DNA of 62,151 bases, filler included, from Globobulimina sp. (GCA_003354225.1; 11 parts of 11 records of this genome joined end to end with filler, not necessarily neighbours in it); one strand, 5' to 3'. Counted from the first letter of the whole stretch, positions 46,898 through 60,299 are shown. Notes: generated from the sequence alone by a model not told the origin. A program made the numbers and translations.

Positions 46898-47975
46898 GCT
46901 AATGTGACAGATATATCTAATCTCAGAATGACTTGACTCAGTATCTACAATGCATAATTAACGATTATGAGAAACAATGTAATTATGAGATTAAACCTGA
47001 TTAAAGCAGCTGCAGCACTTAATACTTAATCTCACTGTCTCATAATTACTATTATTATTATTATAATAATTATTTCCGCAATTGAAACATATCGATGTAG
47101 TTTAGGTGTTGGCCATATGTTGGATCAGAAAGTCTGTCTTTTCTGGCATGTATGTATTAAACAAGTGAAAACTGGAGTTTTTTGTAAAATGTAAACCAAA
47201 GAAAAAGAAACAAGTAAATTGATTTTAATTTTGGTTGCACCATTATTGGTGCATGAAGACTATGACTATTTATTTTAATTGTCTTGGTCTCGGATCTAAG
47301 GGTAATTGGAATAGGATTCTTCCAATAAACAATCCAAAAACACTTCCAAAAATTGACCATAGCCCTGCTCTCCGAACAGGATCAATCCGAACACTGTAAT
47401 TAACTTTTCTGTCAGGATAATAGTAATAACTTGCAAAATTAAGTCCTACCGCGAGAACAGTACATCCTAAAACAAATTCTCTGTATTTTCTGCCTTTATC
47501 ATTTTCTGCCTGTATTATATTAATATATTCAGTGTATTAATACAATTTATATTCAATGACAACATTCATATATAAAATGCGTACGGTGAGTAGTGTTTGG
47601 ACAATTAAATATGATCCCATGCAACATCCAGTTATCCCCAATGATGCAAACGTTTTTGGACCCATTCCGTCAGCGCCATAATAGGTATCAGATCCGGTTG
47701 ACATACTGCACTGTCTGAAGCTTCTTGAATTTTCTGAGCTAGATCCTCCACTAAAAACTTTTTCAATTTAAAACATTTCCCAGCAACCATGTCTCTCTTA
47801 TCCGAATACCCATTTATTTGCAATATTTGCAAATGTCTCGCAAGTGTTAAGTACCACCACATATTAAAATACCTAACCATTTTCCAATTGTTTCCTTGCA
47901 CAGTCCCACAATTACTGCAAATTAATTAAAATCCTAAAATGTGTCATTGACCGTCATATAAAACGTTTATTAACA

Positions 47976-50411
47976 ATGTCCCCTCCAGAATTAAACATAT
48001 TTATTCAAATATTATTAGAATTGATCAACATATTACACAGTGAATCAACCATTCCTTTAGACCAAGCCTTTGAGGAATCCGTCATTTATAATTATATTCA
48101 AATCACGCAATTAATCTCACAACACACCACATTGACTTCATTAATCCCAAACCGATTGCAAATAAAACTATCCTTGCAAATAATTTCAATCTATTTTGAC
48201 TATTCCCGCTATAAAAATATTGAACCTATCATTGATTGCAACATTGAGTTAGCTGCTATTACTCCACAAGCTCACTTTCAATTTATTCAATTAATTCTTA
48301 TCAAATGTAACATGATTAATTATATGTCATCGACCTGCACACAAAATGTGCAACCATTACTGACTGACATTCATAAACTTATCACACAAACCTTGCAATC
48401 CAAAAAGCAAACTCTCCCTCACATTTGCCACTTATTTCTACGTTTGATTCAAGTCTCATTATATTTGAGATACGATCAAAGCATCGAAGCGGGACAGTTA
48501 TTAATTGAAACCAGCAATGATTTATTCACTTTGATCGGCAGTATTAATGACAAAAATAGCTTGGAAAATAAAGAGAATCATCGCGTTGGCGAAAAAAGGA
48601 AATTTTGTACGGTTGAAGGTGACCAACGACCGAGAAAACGACAAAAATTAAATAATTCGCATGCTAATAATAGCTATGATAGTAATCATATCATGGATGG
48701 CGATGTCTGCCTTTTGGTTAATTTTTGTGCGCTGCTGAATTTGTTATGGATTGTCAGGAATTCTTCGTTTGGGTATAATGCAAATAATAGCTCAGAGTTG
48801 GAAGAATTGGGGGAAAATATTAAATTTTTAATGCAGAAAAACGAAGCTGATATTCCACCGCAGGAAATGTCCTTTTTTGAAAGGACATTAATCGACTTTT
48901 TTCAACAAAAAATGGAGAAATCATCGACGATGACCCAAATACACGAGTTAGCACAGACGGTCAATGGAACCTATTTTAATACGAAAATAATCAAATTATT
49001 GGCGAGAGTGAATCCAAATTATAACAACGAGGATGTGACTGATAATAATACATTATTATCACATATAAATTGGTTGAATATACATGGATTGTCGTCGATA
49101 ATTATGCAATTATTTAAATGTTTGGAAGCTATGCATTGTGCTAAAATGAAAGATGCCCGCAACTGTATTAAAAATGTGATATTAGTGATGAATTCGAAAG
49201 AAAATAAGAATAAAAAGAATAAGAATGATTTTGCGAGGCTGAATTTACAATTTTTAATATGGAACATTAGCGTGCATTTATTAGTAAGTGATGAGGAGAA
49301 ATTGAATGAAAATATGACTGAAATTGGCTGTATGATGAAGTATATTGATACTGTTCAATGTATGCTAAATAAACATTATTGTCAACAGGAACTATTTGAA
49401 AATGAATGTATTTCTAATACGAAAGGTAAAAAAAATAAAAATGATGATATCTTGCAGAAATCGGTGATGTTTTTGAATGGGTCTGATGCGCCATTGATCG
49501 TATTTGATTTGGCCAAAAATGACATGAAATTACCTTCATTGTCGTTGGATAAGTTGAAAGAAAATGAATCGAGTTGTTTTTTCATGCAAAATCTAATAAA
49601 TGATGTAGAAAATGGTGAGATATTAAATATTGCGGAAATTAAGTCATTTTTACGAATGACTGCAATAAAATTGCATTATTTATCCGCCTATGTATCGTTA
49701 ATAATTCGTGATAGAAAATGTACGCGAAATCAAGTGAAGAGAGCACATCGATTAACTATAAAAAATGTTGATGTTTCAACGCGATTTTATCTACGTTTGA
49801 TGTTGGAAATATTAAAAGAAACAGATCTTAAAATAAAATCAATTTATAGTTATATTAAACTGATATTTAAACAAAATAAAAATACATTAAATGTACTGCC
49901 GTTTGTTGCCGTATGCACAGTTTATGCATACCTTGTCATTCCGGATAATGTTGTACAGGAATTTAAGAAAAAAGAAGTTAACAATGTCGATATTATAAAT
50001 ACAAATAATAATATGATTAGACGAAGAATTACATTTTTAAAATTTATGATTTGTCAGTTATTACAAGAACCAATTCAAGCGGTATATGTTCACATTATAT
50101 GCTCATTTCTTGTTTATTTGTATAAATTAATGCAACAATGTAAAGAGTATCAGTTTGAAATGCAAAACATAGAGAAATTATTACAAAAATTGTTACCGAA
50201 ACAATCAGAATTTATTGATTTACACTTTCCGAATTGTAATGATTTAAAAAGAATAAATAATTGTTGCATGGAATTATTGCATAATCAAAATATAATTACA
50301 ATTCCCTCGGAAATCAATTATAATTCAATGGTGGATCAACAATTAAAAAAAGTTATTATTAATTATTATGATCATATTTATATTCGACAATCAGCCGAAA
50401 ATTCATCATGA
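47976..50411 (+). CDS. Hypothetical alpha-helical protein, probably nuclear
   Basis: 811-aa ORF with bipartite NLS-like KRKF..PRKRQKL. Confidence 0.65.
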   Translation: MSPPELNIFIQILLELINILHSESTIPLDQAFEESVIYNYIQITQLISQHTTLTSLIPNRLQIKLSLQIISIYFDYSRYKNIEPIIDCNIELAAITPQAHFQFIQLILIKCNMINYMSSTCTQNVQPLLTDIHKLITQTLQSKKQTLPHICHLFLRLIQVSLYLRYDQSIEAGQLLIETSNDLFTLIGSINDKNSLENKENHRVGEKRKFCTVEGDQRPRKRQKLNNSHANNSYDSNHIMDGDVCLLVNFCALLNLLWIVRNSSFGYNANNSSELEELGENIKFLMQKNEADIPPQEMSFFERTLIDFFQQKMEKSSTMTQIHELAQTVNGTYFNTKIIKLLARVNPNYNNEDVTDNNTLLSHINWLNIHGLSSIIMQLFKCLEAMHCAKMKDARNCIKNVILVMNSKENKNKKNKNDFARLNLQFLIWNISVHLLVSDEEKLNENMTEIGCMMKYIDTVQCMLNKHYCQQELFENECISNTKGKKNKNDDILQKSVMFLNGSDAPLIVFDLAKNDMKLPSLSLDKLKENESSCFFMQNLINDVENGEILNIAEIKSFLRMTAIKLHYLSAYVSLIIRDRKCTRNQVKRAHRLTIKNVDVSTRFYLRLMLEILKETDLKIKSIYSYIKLIFKQNKNTLNVLPFVAVCTVYAYLVIPDNVVQEFKKKEVNNVDIINTNNNMIRRRITFLKFMICQLLQEPIQAVYVHIICSFLVYLYKLMQQCKEYQFEMQNIEKLLQKLLPKQSEFIDLHFPNCNDLKRINNCCMELLHNQNIITIPSEINYNSMVDQQLKKVIINYYDHIYIRQSAENSS

Positions 50412-50597
50412 CCATACATCAACTTTTTGTGTTAATTTTTTTTTATTTTGAGAGTATTTAATGCTAGAAATCATTTTAAAACTTGTTTCATAATTCATTT
50501 TTTTTTAATTCAAACCATTAACTGGCTCTGCACGAACGTTGCAACTGTATGCTCTGCAGCACATTCGTAATTCAAAAGGTTTTTTCAAATTTCAAAC

Positions 50598-50851
50598 ATG
50601 GGCTCTTGTTGTTCAAAAGGTATATCAGCAGAGGATATTAACACAGTGGATAGAACTAAACAGTATGAGACTAGTCAAGATGGACCGGCGAGTAATAAAA
50701 AAATTGATGGTAAATTACATGAGCATCCTGATGGAGAGCCCACCAGTTTGCCATTGGATGAGTTTCATCAGGTTACTGCTACAGAATTAGGCAAGTTTGT
50801 ATTAAAAAAAATGAATAATAAAACATTGGATCGTTTATGGAAACATTTGGA
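50598..50851 (+). CDS. N-acylated small protein (MGSCCS), 3'-truncated
   Basis: Myristoylation/palmitoylation-type N-terminus; ends LDRLWKHL, possibly entering an EF-hand. Confidence 0.6.
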
Positions 50852-50951
50852 NNNNNNNNNNNNNNNNNNNNNNNNNNNNNNNNNNNNNNNNNNNNTTAAT
50901 TAATTAANNNNNNNNNNNNNNNNNNNNNNNNNNNNNNNNNNNNNNNNNNNN

Positions 50952-53900
50952 TGTAGCATTTATGCGTGTTTCAGTGCAGAAGCGCTCCAAAATGGTTTTA
51001 TCAAATATGACGCGAATATAAATGCATTTGAATTTGGTTTTGAATCAAAAACGAATATATTGTCAGTAATGCGCACCTGCTGTTTATCAAAAAGAAAATA
51101 CACGAAACAAGAGGCAATTAAGAAAATACGCGATGCCAACTCTGAAATATTAATCCGGCAAAATGGCGGAACCGGAGCCGTATCCGTTGAGTGCATCAAT
51201 TCCCATCACATCCACGACGCCCAATGGCTTTTGGAAGTAACCCTCAATGTATCACCAGGTATACACACTGACACCGTCCATATACCATTACATTACATTG
51301 TATACATTGCATTGTATCCTTGCACTTATTATAATATACAGGAAAGTACAATTTTGTTGTTCCAGATTTACTTTCCAAACCAACTCAGATTTATGTTCGC
51401 GATTATATTCGTATACGCGACTATTATGTGGATAAATTGCACCTTTTTTATAAGAAAGAGAAAATATTTCGGTTATATTTGGATCACATCGAGTCTCAAA
51501 GCAACAAATTTATTTGGACGCAAATGGGCTTTGAAGCCGGTCCAATGAGCAATTTATACCATATCCTGTCGCAAATCGACGACGATGACTCCATTTGGAG
51601 CAAACTATTTGATTTGTGCTTAATCGATGTTTATGAGACCGACTCGCATCAAATTATTACCATAAATAGCAACGACGATAATGACTCCATCGCTGATTTT
51701 ATTACAGAGCAATCGGTGGCGAACTTCATCGCGTCCTCCATCAAATTTTATTGTTTGCAAAACCGCGACAAATTGTTTATTCAAACAGATTGCCACAAAT
51801 ATTTATTATCCATCGTTTTGCCATATTTTAGCCCCGTTTCCCAATCTGATTCTAACGTCTCTCAATCGGACGTGCCATTAATCAGCGGTTTGTTCAACCG
51901 ATTTGTTAATTTTTCTGCTGACAAAGACTGGAAAATGAAGATTGACGGCGCAGAATTGAAGAAATCCTTATTATTTCATCTGAGCAAAGCTCAAATATTT
52001 GTGATTAAACACACGTGGAATTGCAGGAAACTCAGTGTTGCCGAATATGACTTAATTGAGGCAGACAAAGAGAAGAAGGACGGCGCCTTGATATGTTATG
52101 ATAACTCCTTCGAATCCGAGTGGACGATGTGGACCAACAAAGGTTTGAAGCGGTTATATGTTTCATCCAAAGGCTATTGGAAGATACTAAACGAATTCGA
52201 CCAACATCCCAGAGTCCCCATCAACCACTTAAATGCCATCCGGACCTTCATCACCAACCGAAATGACGTCAAACCCGGCACCAAAGTCAATCTCTACGCC
52301 GATGCGCAAAGCGATGCCTTCTGCGCTCAATATGTCATTTCGCGCTATAACCCGCTTAAAAGCACACTCAGTATCCTCATCAAGAAGGCTTTTGATGCGC
52401 TCATCGACAGCAAAAAGAAGATAAAGTCGCGCGACTCTCACTTTTTGTACTATAAACCATATGGTATAGACTGGGCGTGGTACAATAATGACCGCGCTAA
52501 GTACGAAGAATATAATTTGGGGCAGAATGCCATCAAACAAATCGAAGCGACGTACCAAGGCGTACAGGAATACAATTTCGCGATGGCGGACTATCATCGT
52601 CCAGGCAGTGAAGAGAGGCTCTTCATCGATGCGCAATTAACGGAGTTGTCGAGCGGAATGGTGCATTTTTTGGGGCTGCAGTACAAGCCCTTTGTGCTGC
52701 GCTTTACGTTCAACATGCAATCGTCGAATGTGATTAATATGGAACAGGTTGCGATTAATGCCAATGATGGCAGCCAATTTCCGAGGAATATCAGGAGATT
52801 ACCGACGGACAGCAATGCCGCGGCAGGCACTGTGGCCACAGGCACTGATCACAGGCTGTATGCCTTGGGCACGATGAATGTCACTATTTGTCAGCAGCAG
52901 GTTCGTATTAAATGGTTGTTTAACCAGTCGGACACGGATAATATTGGCAAAATGTATCAGTTTGAGGTGCGGATAGCAATGCAGAATAACTATAAATATG
53001 ACTGTAACGATTTGGTGAAAAGTATCAAAGAGTTGTGGCGGTCGAATAATTTATTTGATCAGTACCAATCGAGCATTATTTATAACAACGAGGCCAATAA
53101 TACGCCGATACGGATAAATAAGGTGAAGAAAGGGGTGCTGTTCGAGGATATCTACAAAGAGTTGGTGACAGCGCAAGAAATGAAACCGAACTCAAATTAC
53201 GATGTTATCATTGGGAGACTGTCGAATGTGGTGACTGATAATATGTGGAATGCATTGGATGCAATGGACGGTAATATGCGTGAACATGAAGAGAAGGAAT
53301 TAGTTTCTGTCTTTAATGAATATCACCAAAAAGCGAGTTTTTGTACACAGATATTTACGTTGATAGCATTGGATCGCGTACAAAGTATAATATCTGTGCT
53401 AAAACAAGAAATTAGTGACGGAAAAAAGGTGAAAATAGAGGATTTATTAATTATTGCATTATCAAACCAGCAGTTATTATTCGAGTCGGTGCAAACAACA
53501 ACAACCCAAACAACGACATTTACGCAGTCGTTGTCGCATATTTTTGATAAGTTTGATAATTGGACGGGTTTTATCAAACGAATAGATTCGAAAAACACAA
53601 TTTATGATCTTGAGATTGCGGATTTCCATCAAACCATCACAAATGCACATTATTTACATGATTTTATGGCTATTTCTTCCGCAGCATATACTGAGACATT
53701 ATTTATATTCAAAAGACCGGAATGTAAAAATATTTATATTTCATATAATGGATTTGTACGTAAACTGTCGTTAGAAATTTATAACGAAGATTTGTATTAT
53801 TTTTTACCTTCATTCATCACTTTAAAAATTGGCAATTTTATAGATGTCGAATCGTTTTGTTATAGAGATTGCGGTACAATTCTCCAAAGATTTGAATGTA

Positions 53901-56488
53901 TCCAAACTGAGAACGATGATATGATTTATTATAAAATCCGATCATCACAAAATATATTTTATATATTGAATTATTACCAAATTACAAATCGGGCGCAACC
54001 AAAACTGTATTATACGCAATGCAGACAATCATTGATCGACAAAAAGCTACAAACAATGAAAACCTTTGCAGCCGATCCAAATGAACTGAATGACCCATCG
54101 GATCCCTCCCATCCAATGCACACATTCTCCTTATCCTTGTTCGAGAGCTCAAAGCAAACCATTTCCTCCATCAACAATGGCAACGTGCACAGACTCGAAA
54201 CTATCGAAAATAAATTAAAACAATGCGGCAACATTTATTTACTACATCGAACGGTTGAAAATGGCGAGAACAGTGACGAAATCAGGCAATTATTGCAAGA
54301 AAAGCCAGACGAAATGAAAGAGATTTTATCGCAGTTCGATAGCTCCAACGGCGGGGCCTCAAACATGGGCGATTTGGATGGGATGATCCGCGATTTAGAG
54401 AGTCGGAAATTAATTTCATGCAAACAAGTGATGGACGAAGATCTGACATATAATACGTTGATGAATATGAATGCGGACATATTCGCTTCGAATACGAACA
54501 ATAAAATCTATATCATTGACATCGTGGAAGTGCGACAATTGATATTAAAGCAAGAAGAGCTCAAAAAAGAGGAAGATGAAGAAGAGGAAGAGGAGCATGA
54601 GGATGCCGATTATGACTCGGATAGCGATAATTGGGTCACCTACGAAGAGGATGTCGAAGAGGACGACGCCGGAACGGGGCTGAAAAAAACAAGAAAAAGT
54701 GCACAGAAAATTGAGATATCGATAGCATCGACCTTTAAGTGCAAAATCTTGTGTTCCTATGAGATGAGTCTCGTGTATCCCGGCACCAACACCGTGGAAG
54801 ATTTGATCGTTTGGTCGAGTTCGAGTAATAATAATAATGGGCGGAATAAATGGAGTGTGGACGAGAACCGATTACTAACTTATTTTTATAATAATGGCGT
54901 GTATAATGAGTATGATTTGAATGACAAAAACATAATGAATCGAGTGCGCCGAAAGTTGTATGCGAAGTGCAATGACAGTACGAACGAGCCACATTTCATT
55001 AAACTGTACAAGAAATTTGATGAGTTTATCAAACGCGTTGCCGGCGACTTGCCGGCGATGAGTAATAATAACAACAACCTGATAAATGGCGTGGAAGTGA
55101 CCAGAAATGCGGTTTTGTTGCAGCAGCATTACATTGACGCCAAGTGGGCCGATAATGGCATGGTTATCACATACAATCCGCTGCAAAGTTGCGTGATTAC
55201 GGGGCAGACTGCCAAGGATATCACGCATCCGATCCATATCTATCGCAGTGCGTATTCCTTCGATTTGAGCAGTTTCTTAAATAACTTCCAATTGGATGCA
55301 TTGTACAATGGATGGATGAGACCGCCGCAATTCCCACAAACCGTCAATTTATTGTATAAAAAAAAGCAAACCACGCAACCAAAAGCAAATATCATTGACA
55401 CCCTATCTTTGCTAATTCGCTACAATAAGAAATATGAAATTGTGTTAGTTCCGTCGTCCATTGCTTTGGACGCAGGCTTTTTAGACACAAAATGTGCTCC
55501 GATTGCGCCTGATATCGATGCCATTGCTATGCATCGCGTCACCTTTATCTACAAAGGAATATTGTATAATTATTTCAAAAAGCAACCAAATCTAAAACAA
55601 GATGAAAAAGCTGACGGCAATGATGATGACGATCGGTTTTTTTTGGATGAAATTAAATTTTTAGTGCGCAAAATCAAGGAGAACATCATCGAAGATTGCA
55701 TCGATTGGATGGATGTGCAGAGTGACAGTGACAGTGTGAAACGACGCCGCTTTCGATTACGGAGTACGATCAAAAGAAATAACAGAGATATTATGTTAAG
55801 ATGGTTGAAAATTGGCTGTGGCTCATGTTTTTTGCACGAAGCGTCCGGGCGACAGACTGAAATCGGACCGCCTCCGTCGATGGATTACGATAACGACTTC
55901 CCGGATTTATTGAGGAAGGCAATGTTTATTTATTATATCGACTGCAAAATACCATTCTCGCTCAATCCCTATCAGTCTGCAAATAAAATCTGCCATTTAT
56001 GTGGGAATTATATAATTGATGGGTATGCGCCGTGTGAAAAGCACAGGTTTTGCTATAAATGCATATTGCAATGGAAAGAGATGATAAATAATCCGGATTG
56101 GGGCACATTGAAGGAATACTATCAAGAGAACAAGATAGATTTACAAAGATTAATTGCGAGCGATGAGGTTAACGTTTTGCGGGATATCATATTGCCGCAA
56201 TATTGCCCACTTTACATTGAGTGCCATAAGGAATTGGATGATATTCCGGGTCCGGCAAATATAACTAAAGAAAAAGAAAAAGAAAAAGAAAATAAGTTAT
56301 TACCAATACCAATGACGGTGTATCAACAAGTGTTGAATGAAAACAATGTCAGATATCAACGATTGGATTTATTGAATAGATATCAACAAAAGCGTGAAAT
56401 GCAGTTAATTCGCGACCAAACTAAATTAAGTTTGCAAGAGTTGCGCCAAAAATATCCGCATATGGACCAGATTCTCGCTGGTTATTAA
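50952..56488 (+). CDS. Large (>1800 aa) WWE + C-terminal RING-like protein, putative E3 ligase, 5'-truncated
   Basis: Phase-1 intron 51259-51341 joins the ORFs; WWE DWAWYNND..YEEY..IEATYQ..RNIRR; RING-like CHLC..CEKHRFCYKC..CP. Confidence 0.78.
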
Positions 56489-56739
56489 TTTAATACTTCT
56501 ATNNNNNNNNNNNNNNNNNNNNNNNNNNNNNNNNNNNNNNNNNNNNTTAATTAATTAANNNNNNNNNNNNNNNNNNNNNNNNNNNNNNNNNNNNNNNNNN
56601 NNTACGTTATGTTGTTGTTTTTTTATATATTAACGTTTTTTTAGAAAAATGTTTGTTATTAAATTTATTATAATTGTCTTTTCAAATATAGTTTGGAACA
56701 CGTTCGGTGTGTAAAGCCCTTACAAGTTCTATGCAAATT

Positions 56740-56779
56740 TCACGAAAAGTAGAATTATCACGAAAAGTACTTTTCGTGA
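56740..56779. repeat. 22-bp perfect palindrome with an upstream direct half-copy
   Basis: tcacgaaaagtacttttcgtga at 56758-56779; tcacgaaaagta at 56740-56751. Confidence 0.85.
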
Positions 56780-56924
56780 ATATCCAAGGGCTAGAATTTC
56801 AGAAAGTTTACGTAGCAAAAACAGATGAAAAACAAACCACCAGATTCTAAGAAAACATCAAGGAGGTTGATTTCGTAGTATTTTGAAAAGATGTTTTGAT
56901 ATTATTTTAAAAAATTGTTAGAAC

Positions 56925-58277
56925 ATGGCAAATCTGCGCTCGTTCTTCATAATATTTACACTGATATTGTCTAATTTATGCCATGTGCATAGTCAAACGA
57001 CTATACCACCAACAAAAACGCCTACAACCGAACCAACGTCAGATCCGACATTAGAACCAACTTTAAATCCATTATTTGTTCTAATTCCATCAACTATCCA
57101 CCCGTCCGCTATTAAGCCATCACCGTCACATTCTGCATTTATCCAAGAAAACTATGTATGGCTTATCATCAGCGCATCAGCATTAATTTGTATATGTTTA
57201 ATCGTAGTGGTGTTTGTAATACACAACAAGGCCCATTCCATACTAAATTCTGAATTAAAAAGAACCAATGCAGCCATCAACAATGAACAAGAAGAGCAGC
57301 AGCCTATTAATACAACGACAACCAATCAAGCAATACACAATCATAATTACAACAATATATACGGCATTTATCAGCAACAATTTGACATGCAACAAATGCA
57401 ACGGCTTCGGCACACAGCAATGCAGCAACAATATCAACACCATACAAACTTCCAAACCCCGCAATCCATCGCAGCCTATCAAGCCTTAGAGTTTTGTCCA
57501 CCCATCAACCACGATGGCAATACATGGAAGAGTTTAAGTCATCTAAATCCACAGCAACGTATGCTTCAACTGATGCAGCAACAACAATATATACAACAAA
57601 TGGCAAACCAGGCTGCTGTGGCCATGGCATATTTCCTTCAACAACAACAGCAAATGCATGCCAATGCCAATCCGCATCATCAACACAATAATAATAATAA
57701 TCAAGCTATGCGTAAACAGAACGTTGCTGCGTTGGCTTATATTGATGACAATATGACAGAAGCAGCACATGAACAGAATAATAGTTGCAATGATTTGGTG
57801 TCGGTGGATTCAATGCAGTTACATGTACAACACAAGAAACAGCGATTGGATACAATGGATACTGCGGCATTGACGTCTGATGATTTGCCGCCTTCGGTGG
57901 AACCAAATAATGAGATTATGTTTGCCATTGCAAATGAACCAGAGAGTAATATGGATATTGGCGGAGATAAAATATTTTATCAATTGCAAGATACAGAAAC
58001 AGCTGCAGTGGATGGTGACGATCATAATGAGTCAAATGAGGAACGTGTGGGTCATATGCAATTGCACATAAATGATGGGGGGAATAAAGAGTTAATAATG
58101 GTTCCACCGCCCAATCCGATGGAAATACAAAATTTAAATGTTCCACAAGCAAATAGTAATATGGCTAAAGTTGGGAGTTTGTCGTCAGAAATACCGGATT
58201 TACCGTTTGGTAGTAACAGTGAAGCAACATACAATGCGTTTGAATATAATGAAGAATATGAACCGTATCATCAATGA
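56925..58277 (+). CDS. Type I membrane protein with short P/T-rich stalk and Q/N-rich cytoplasmic tail
   Basis: Signal peptide, PTxxPT repeats, one TM helix, poly-Q tail. Confidence 0.8.
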   Translation: MANLRSFFIIFTLILSNLCHVHSQTTIPPTKTPTTEPTSDPTLEPTLNPLFVLIPSTIHPSAIKPSPSHSAFIQENYVWLIISASALICICLIVVVFVIHNKAHSILNSELKRTNAAINNEQEEQQPINTTTTNQAIHNHNYNNIYGIYQQQFDMQQMQRLRHTAMQQQYQHHTNFQTPQSIAAYQALEFCPPINHDGNTWKSLSHLNPQQRMLQLMQQQQYIQQMANQAAVAMAYFLQQQQQMHANANPHHQHNNNNNQAMRKQNVAALAYIDDNMTEAAHEQNNSCNDLVSVDSMQLHVQHKKQRLDTMDTAALTSDDLPPSVEPNNEIMFAIANEPESNMDIGGDKIFYQLQDTETAAVDGDDHNESNEERVGHMQLHINDGGNKELIMVPPPNPMEIQNLNVPQANSNMAKVGSLSSEIPDLPFGSNSEATYNAFEYNEEYEPYHQ

Positions 58278-58524
58278 TATGCGACAGTGTAGAAATTGTA
58301 CAAAATGGTTAAATTCAATATTCCATCCTTTGGTTTTTTGTTTGCATATTGTGTGAAGACGAGTTTTTGGTTTGTGTTTTTGAATTCCTGCGTAGGGCAA
58401 TTTGAATAAAACATGGCATGTTTATTTTTGAATATATACAAACAATTAGCACATTGCATGTGGTTTCACTAGTTTTTTAAAGAAGGCATTATCTAATTTT
58501 TAAAGTTTTTAAACTTAATTAAGT

Positions 58525-59376
58525 TCAGTTGGACTTGGACCTAGGAATGTCAACACATTCAACACCGGAAACAATCCAACCATCATCACATGCAAACTTA
58601 TATCCCTCTGAAGCGACCCATGTTGCTCTCCACACCGCATCTACTCTTTTTTGAATATATTCATCTTTATCTTTATCATTCAATGTTAATTGATAATAAT
58701 ATGTAACATAATACTCGGTATTTATTGACATATCCACATAATTTGGTGCATTATCAAAATCTTTTAGATATGCCATTATTTTGCCAAAATAATTATATTT
58801 TTCATCCAACATTAATTGTTTCATAGTATCAAACTGATCCAACAGTTCTGATGCAATGCATGTTTTAATTCCATCCGTATCATTTTGTTGTAAACATTGT
58901 AACAGAAATACCATTCCCTGATGAGCTCCACACATAAATTCCTCATATCTCAGTGGATCATTTGGTGCCGCCAATAAAATATTAAACCAACCAAATTTCC
59001 GCGTTGCAATTGCTTGGAAATACGCATCTTGTTCAACATTATTAGAATCTATATCCAGTTCAAAAGAATTGCATGTTTTGATTTCGTCCCACCGCAGAAT
59101 CCATTTGTTTTGGTTCGAATTCGTATTCATTGGAAATAAGTTCTTAAAAAAGGATGATAGGCCTGCAGCTAGGTAGGATTCCTCGTATTCGTCTTTTGAT
59201 TTTCCTGCTTTGTCATTTTGTTCATTTCCATTTTGTTGAGTTCCATGTGGGGAACAAAAAGATTTTTTCAAAATACAATTACAATCAATACGTAGTCGCA
59301 ATGCACTTAATGAAGCAATGTTACAGTGGTCTGCGACATGGTTCTTTTGAAGTCGTTGGCAAATTTTCATTTTCAT
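58525..59376 (-). CDS. Tim44/MAIP1-like domain protein (tentative)
   Basis: EEFMCGAHQGM..L..CLQQND..GIKTCIASELL resembles the Tim44-like helix motif; start uncertain. Confidence 0.5.
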   Translation of the reverse strand: MKMKICQRLQKNHVADHCNIASLSALRLRIDCNCILKKSFCSPHGTQQNGNEQNDKAGKSKDEYEESYLAAGLSSFFKNLFPMNTNSNQNKWILRWDEIKTCNSFELDIDSNNVEQDAYFQAIATRKFGWFNILLAAPNDPLRYEEFMCGAHQGMVFLLQCLQQNDTDGIKTCIASELLDQFDTMKQLMLDEKYNYFGKIMAYLKDFDNAPNYVDMSINTEYYVTYYYQLTLNDKDKDEYIQKRVDAVWRATWVASEGYKFACDDGWIVSGVECVDIPRSKSN

Positions 59377-59544
59377 TTAGTAGTAGTGTGAGAGGTAAAA
59401 TTCAATTTAAGTACAGTTGAACAACTCAACCTCCTTCGTTTGAGCCTTCCATCCATCACTCTCTCATTCCCTATTTAACGCAACCAATTTAAATCAAATA
59501 TGCCATTGTTTATATTATTATTAGTGTTATTATTAATATGCCAT

Positions 59545-59691
59545 AAGAGCATCCGGTCTTCAGCGTCAGATTTTTATTGGAGTAAGGTGTAAGCAAACCG
59601 TTTCTGGTGACTGATAAAGGTAAAAATAATATAGGTTTGCCTTCGTTTCTCAGAAACAATAAAAATCTGACGCTGAAAACCTGATGCTCTT
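59545..59691. mobile_element. MITE-like element with 35-bp terminal inverted repeats
   Basis: 59545-59579 vs 59657-59691 reverse-complementary at 33 of 35; inner gcaaacc/ggtttgc pair; CAT on both flanks. Confidence 0.75.
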
Positions 59692-60299
59692 CATCACATT
59701 TTTTTGTTTTATATAAGGTTTTGTGTTTTTTGTTTCTTTTATCGTTATGCAGTATGCATTTGTTATTTTATTTCTTGTTGCTTAGTGAATAGTGAGGCAC
59801 TTCAGGAAAACTAGCTCACTTCAGGAAAACTTGCAGTATTTTAGATGTACCGATATGTATGTGAGAGCTGCAAAATATGGATCTCTACCGGAAGTAAACA
59901 ACATACTGGCAAACAATGATATTTATACATATTATTATGACATCATCATGCAATCGAAGATCGATGTACAAATACTGCTTCTTTATATCATTGATAAACT
60001 TATGGGTATAATATTTCCATATATAAACTTGTATATGTTGATCGTAATGTGAAAGCAGAACTTTATGAATGATATAAAGAACAGTATTTATACATATTCG
60101 ATTGTATGATGATGTCATAATAATATGTATATAAATATGTTGTTTACTTTCAGTAGATATCCATATTTTGCAGTTTCTTCTTTTGACTCGGTATACAATA
60201 AAAATCAATCAAGCGTTTCTCAGATAATTGAATCAAATTTATACAACTTATCGACCATATGGGGGGGGGTTATCTTTTGGTTAAATCAATATATCGTAC

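Noticed and set aside
47157-47901. Short minus-strand ORFs as a transposase remnant
   Set aside because: No catalytic motif or terminal repeats identified
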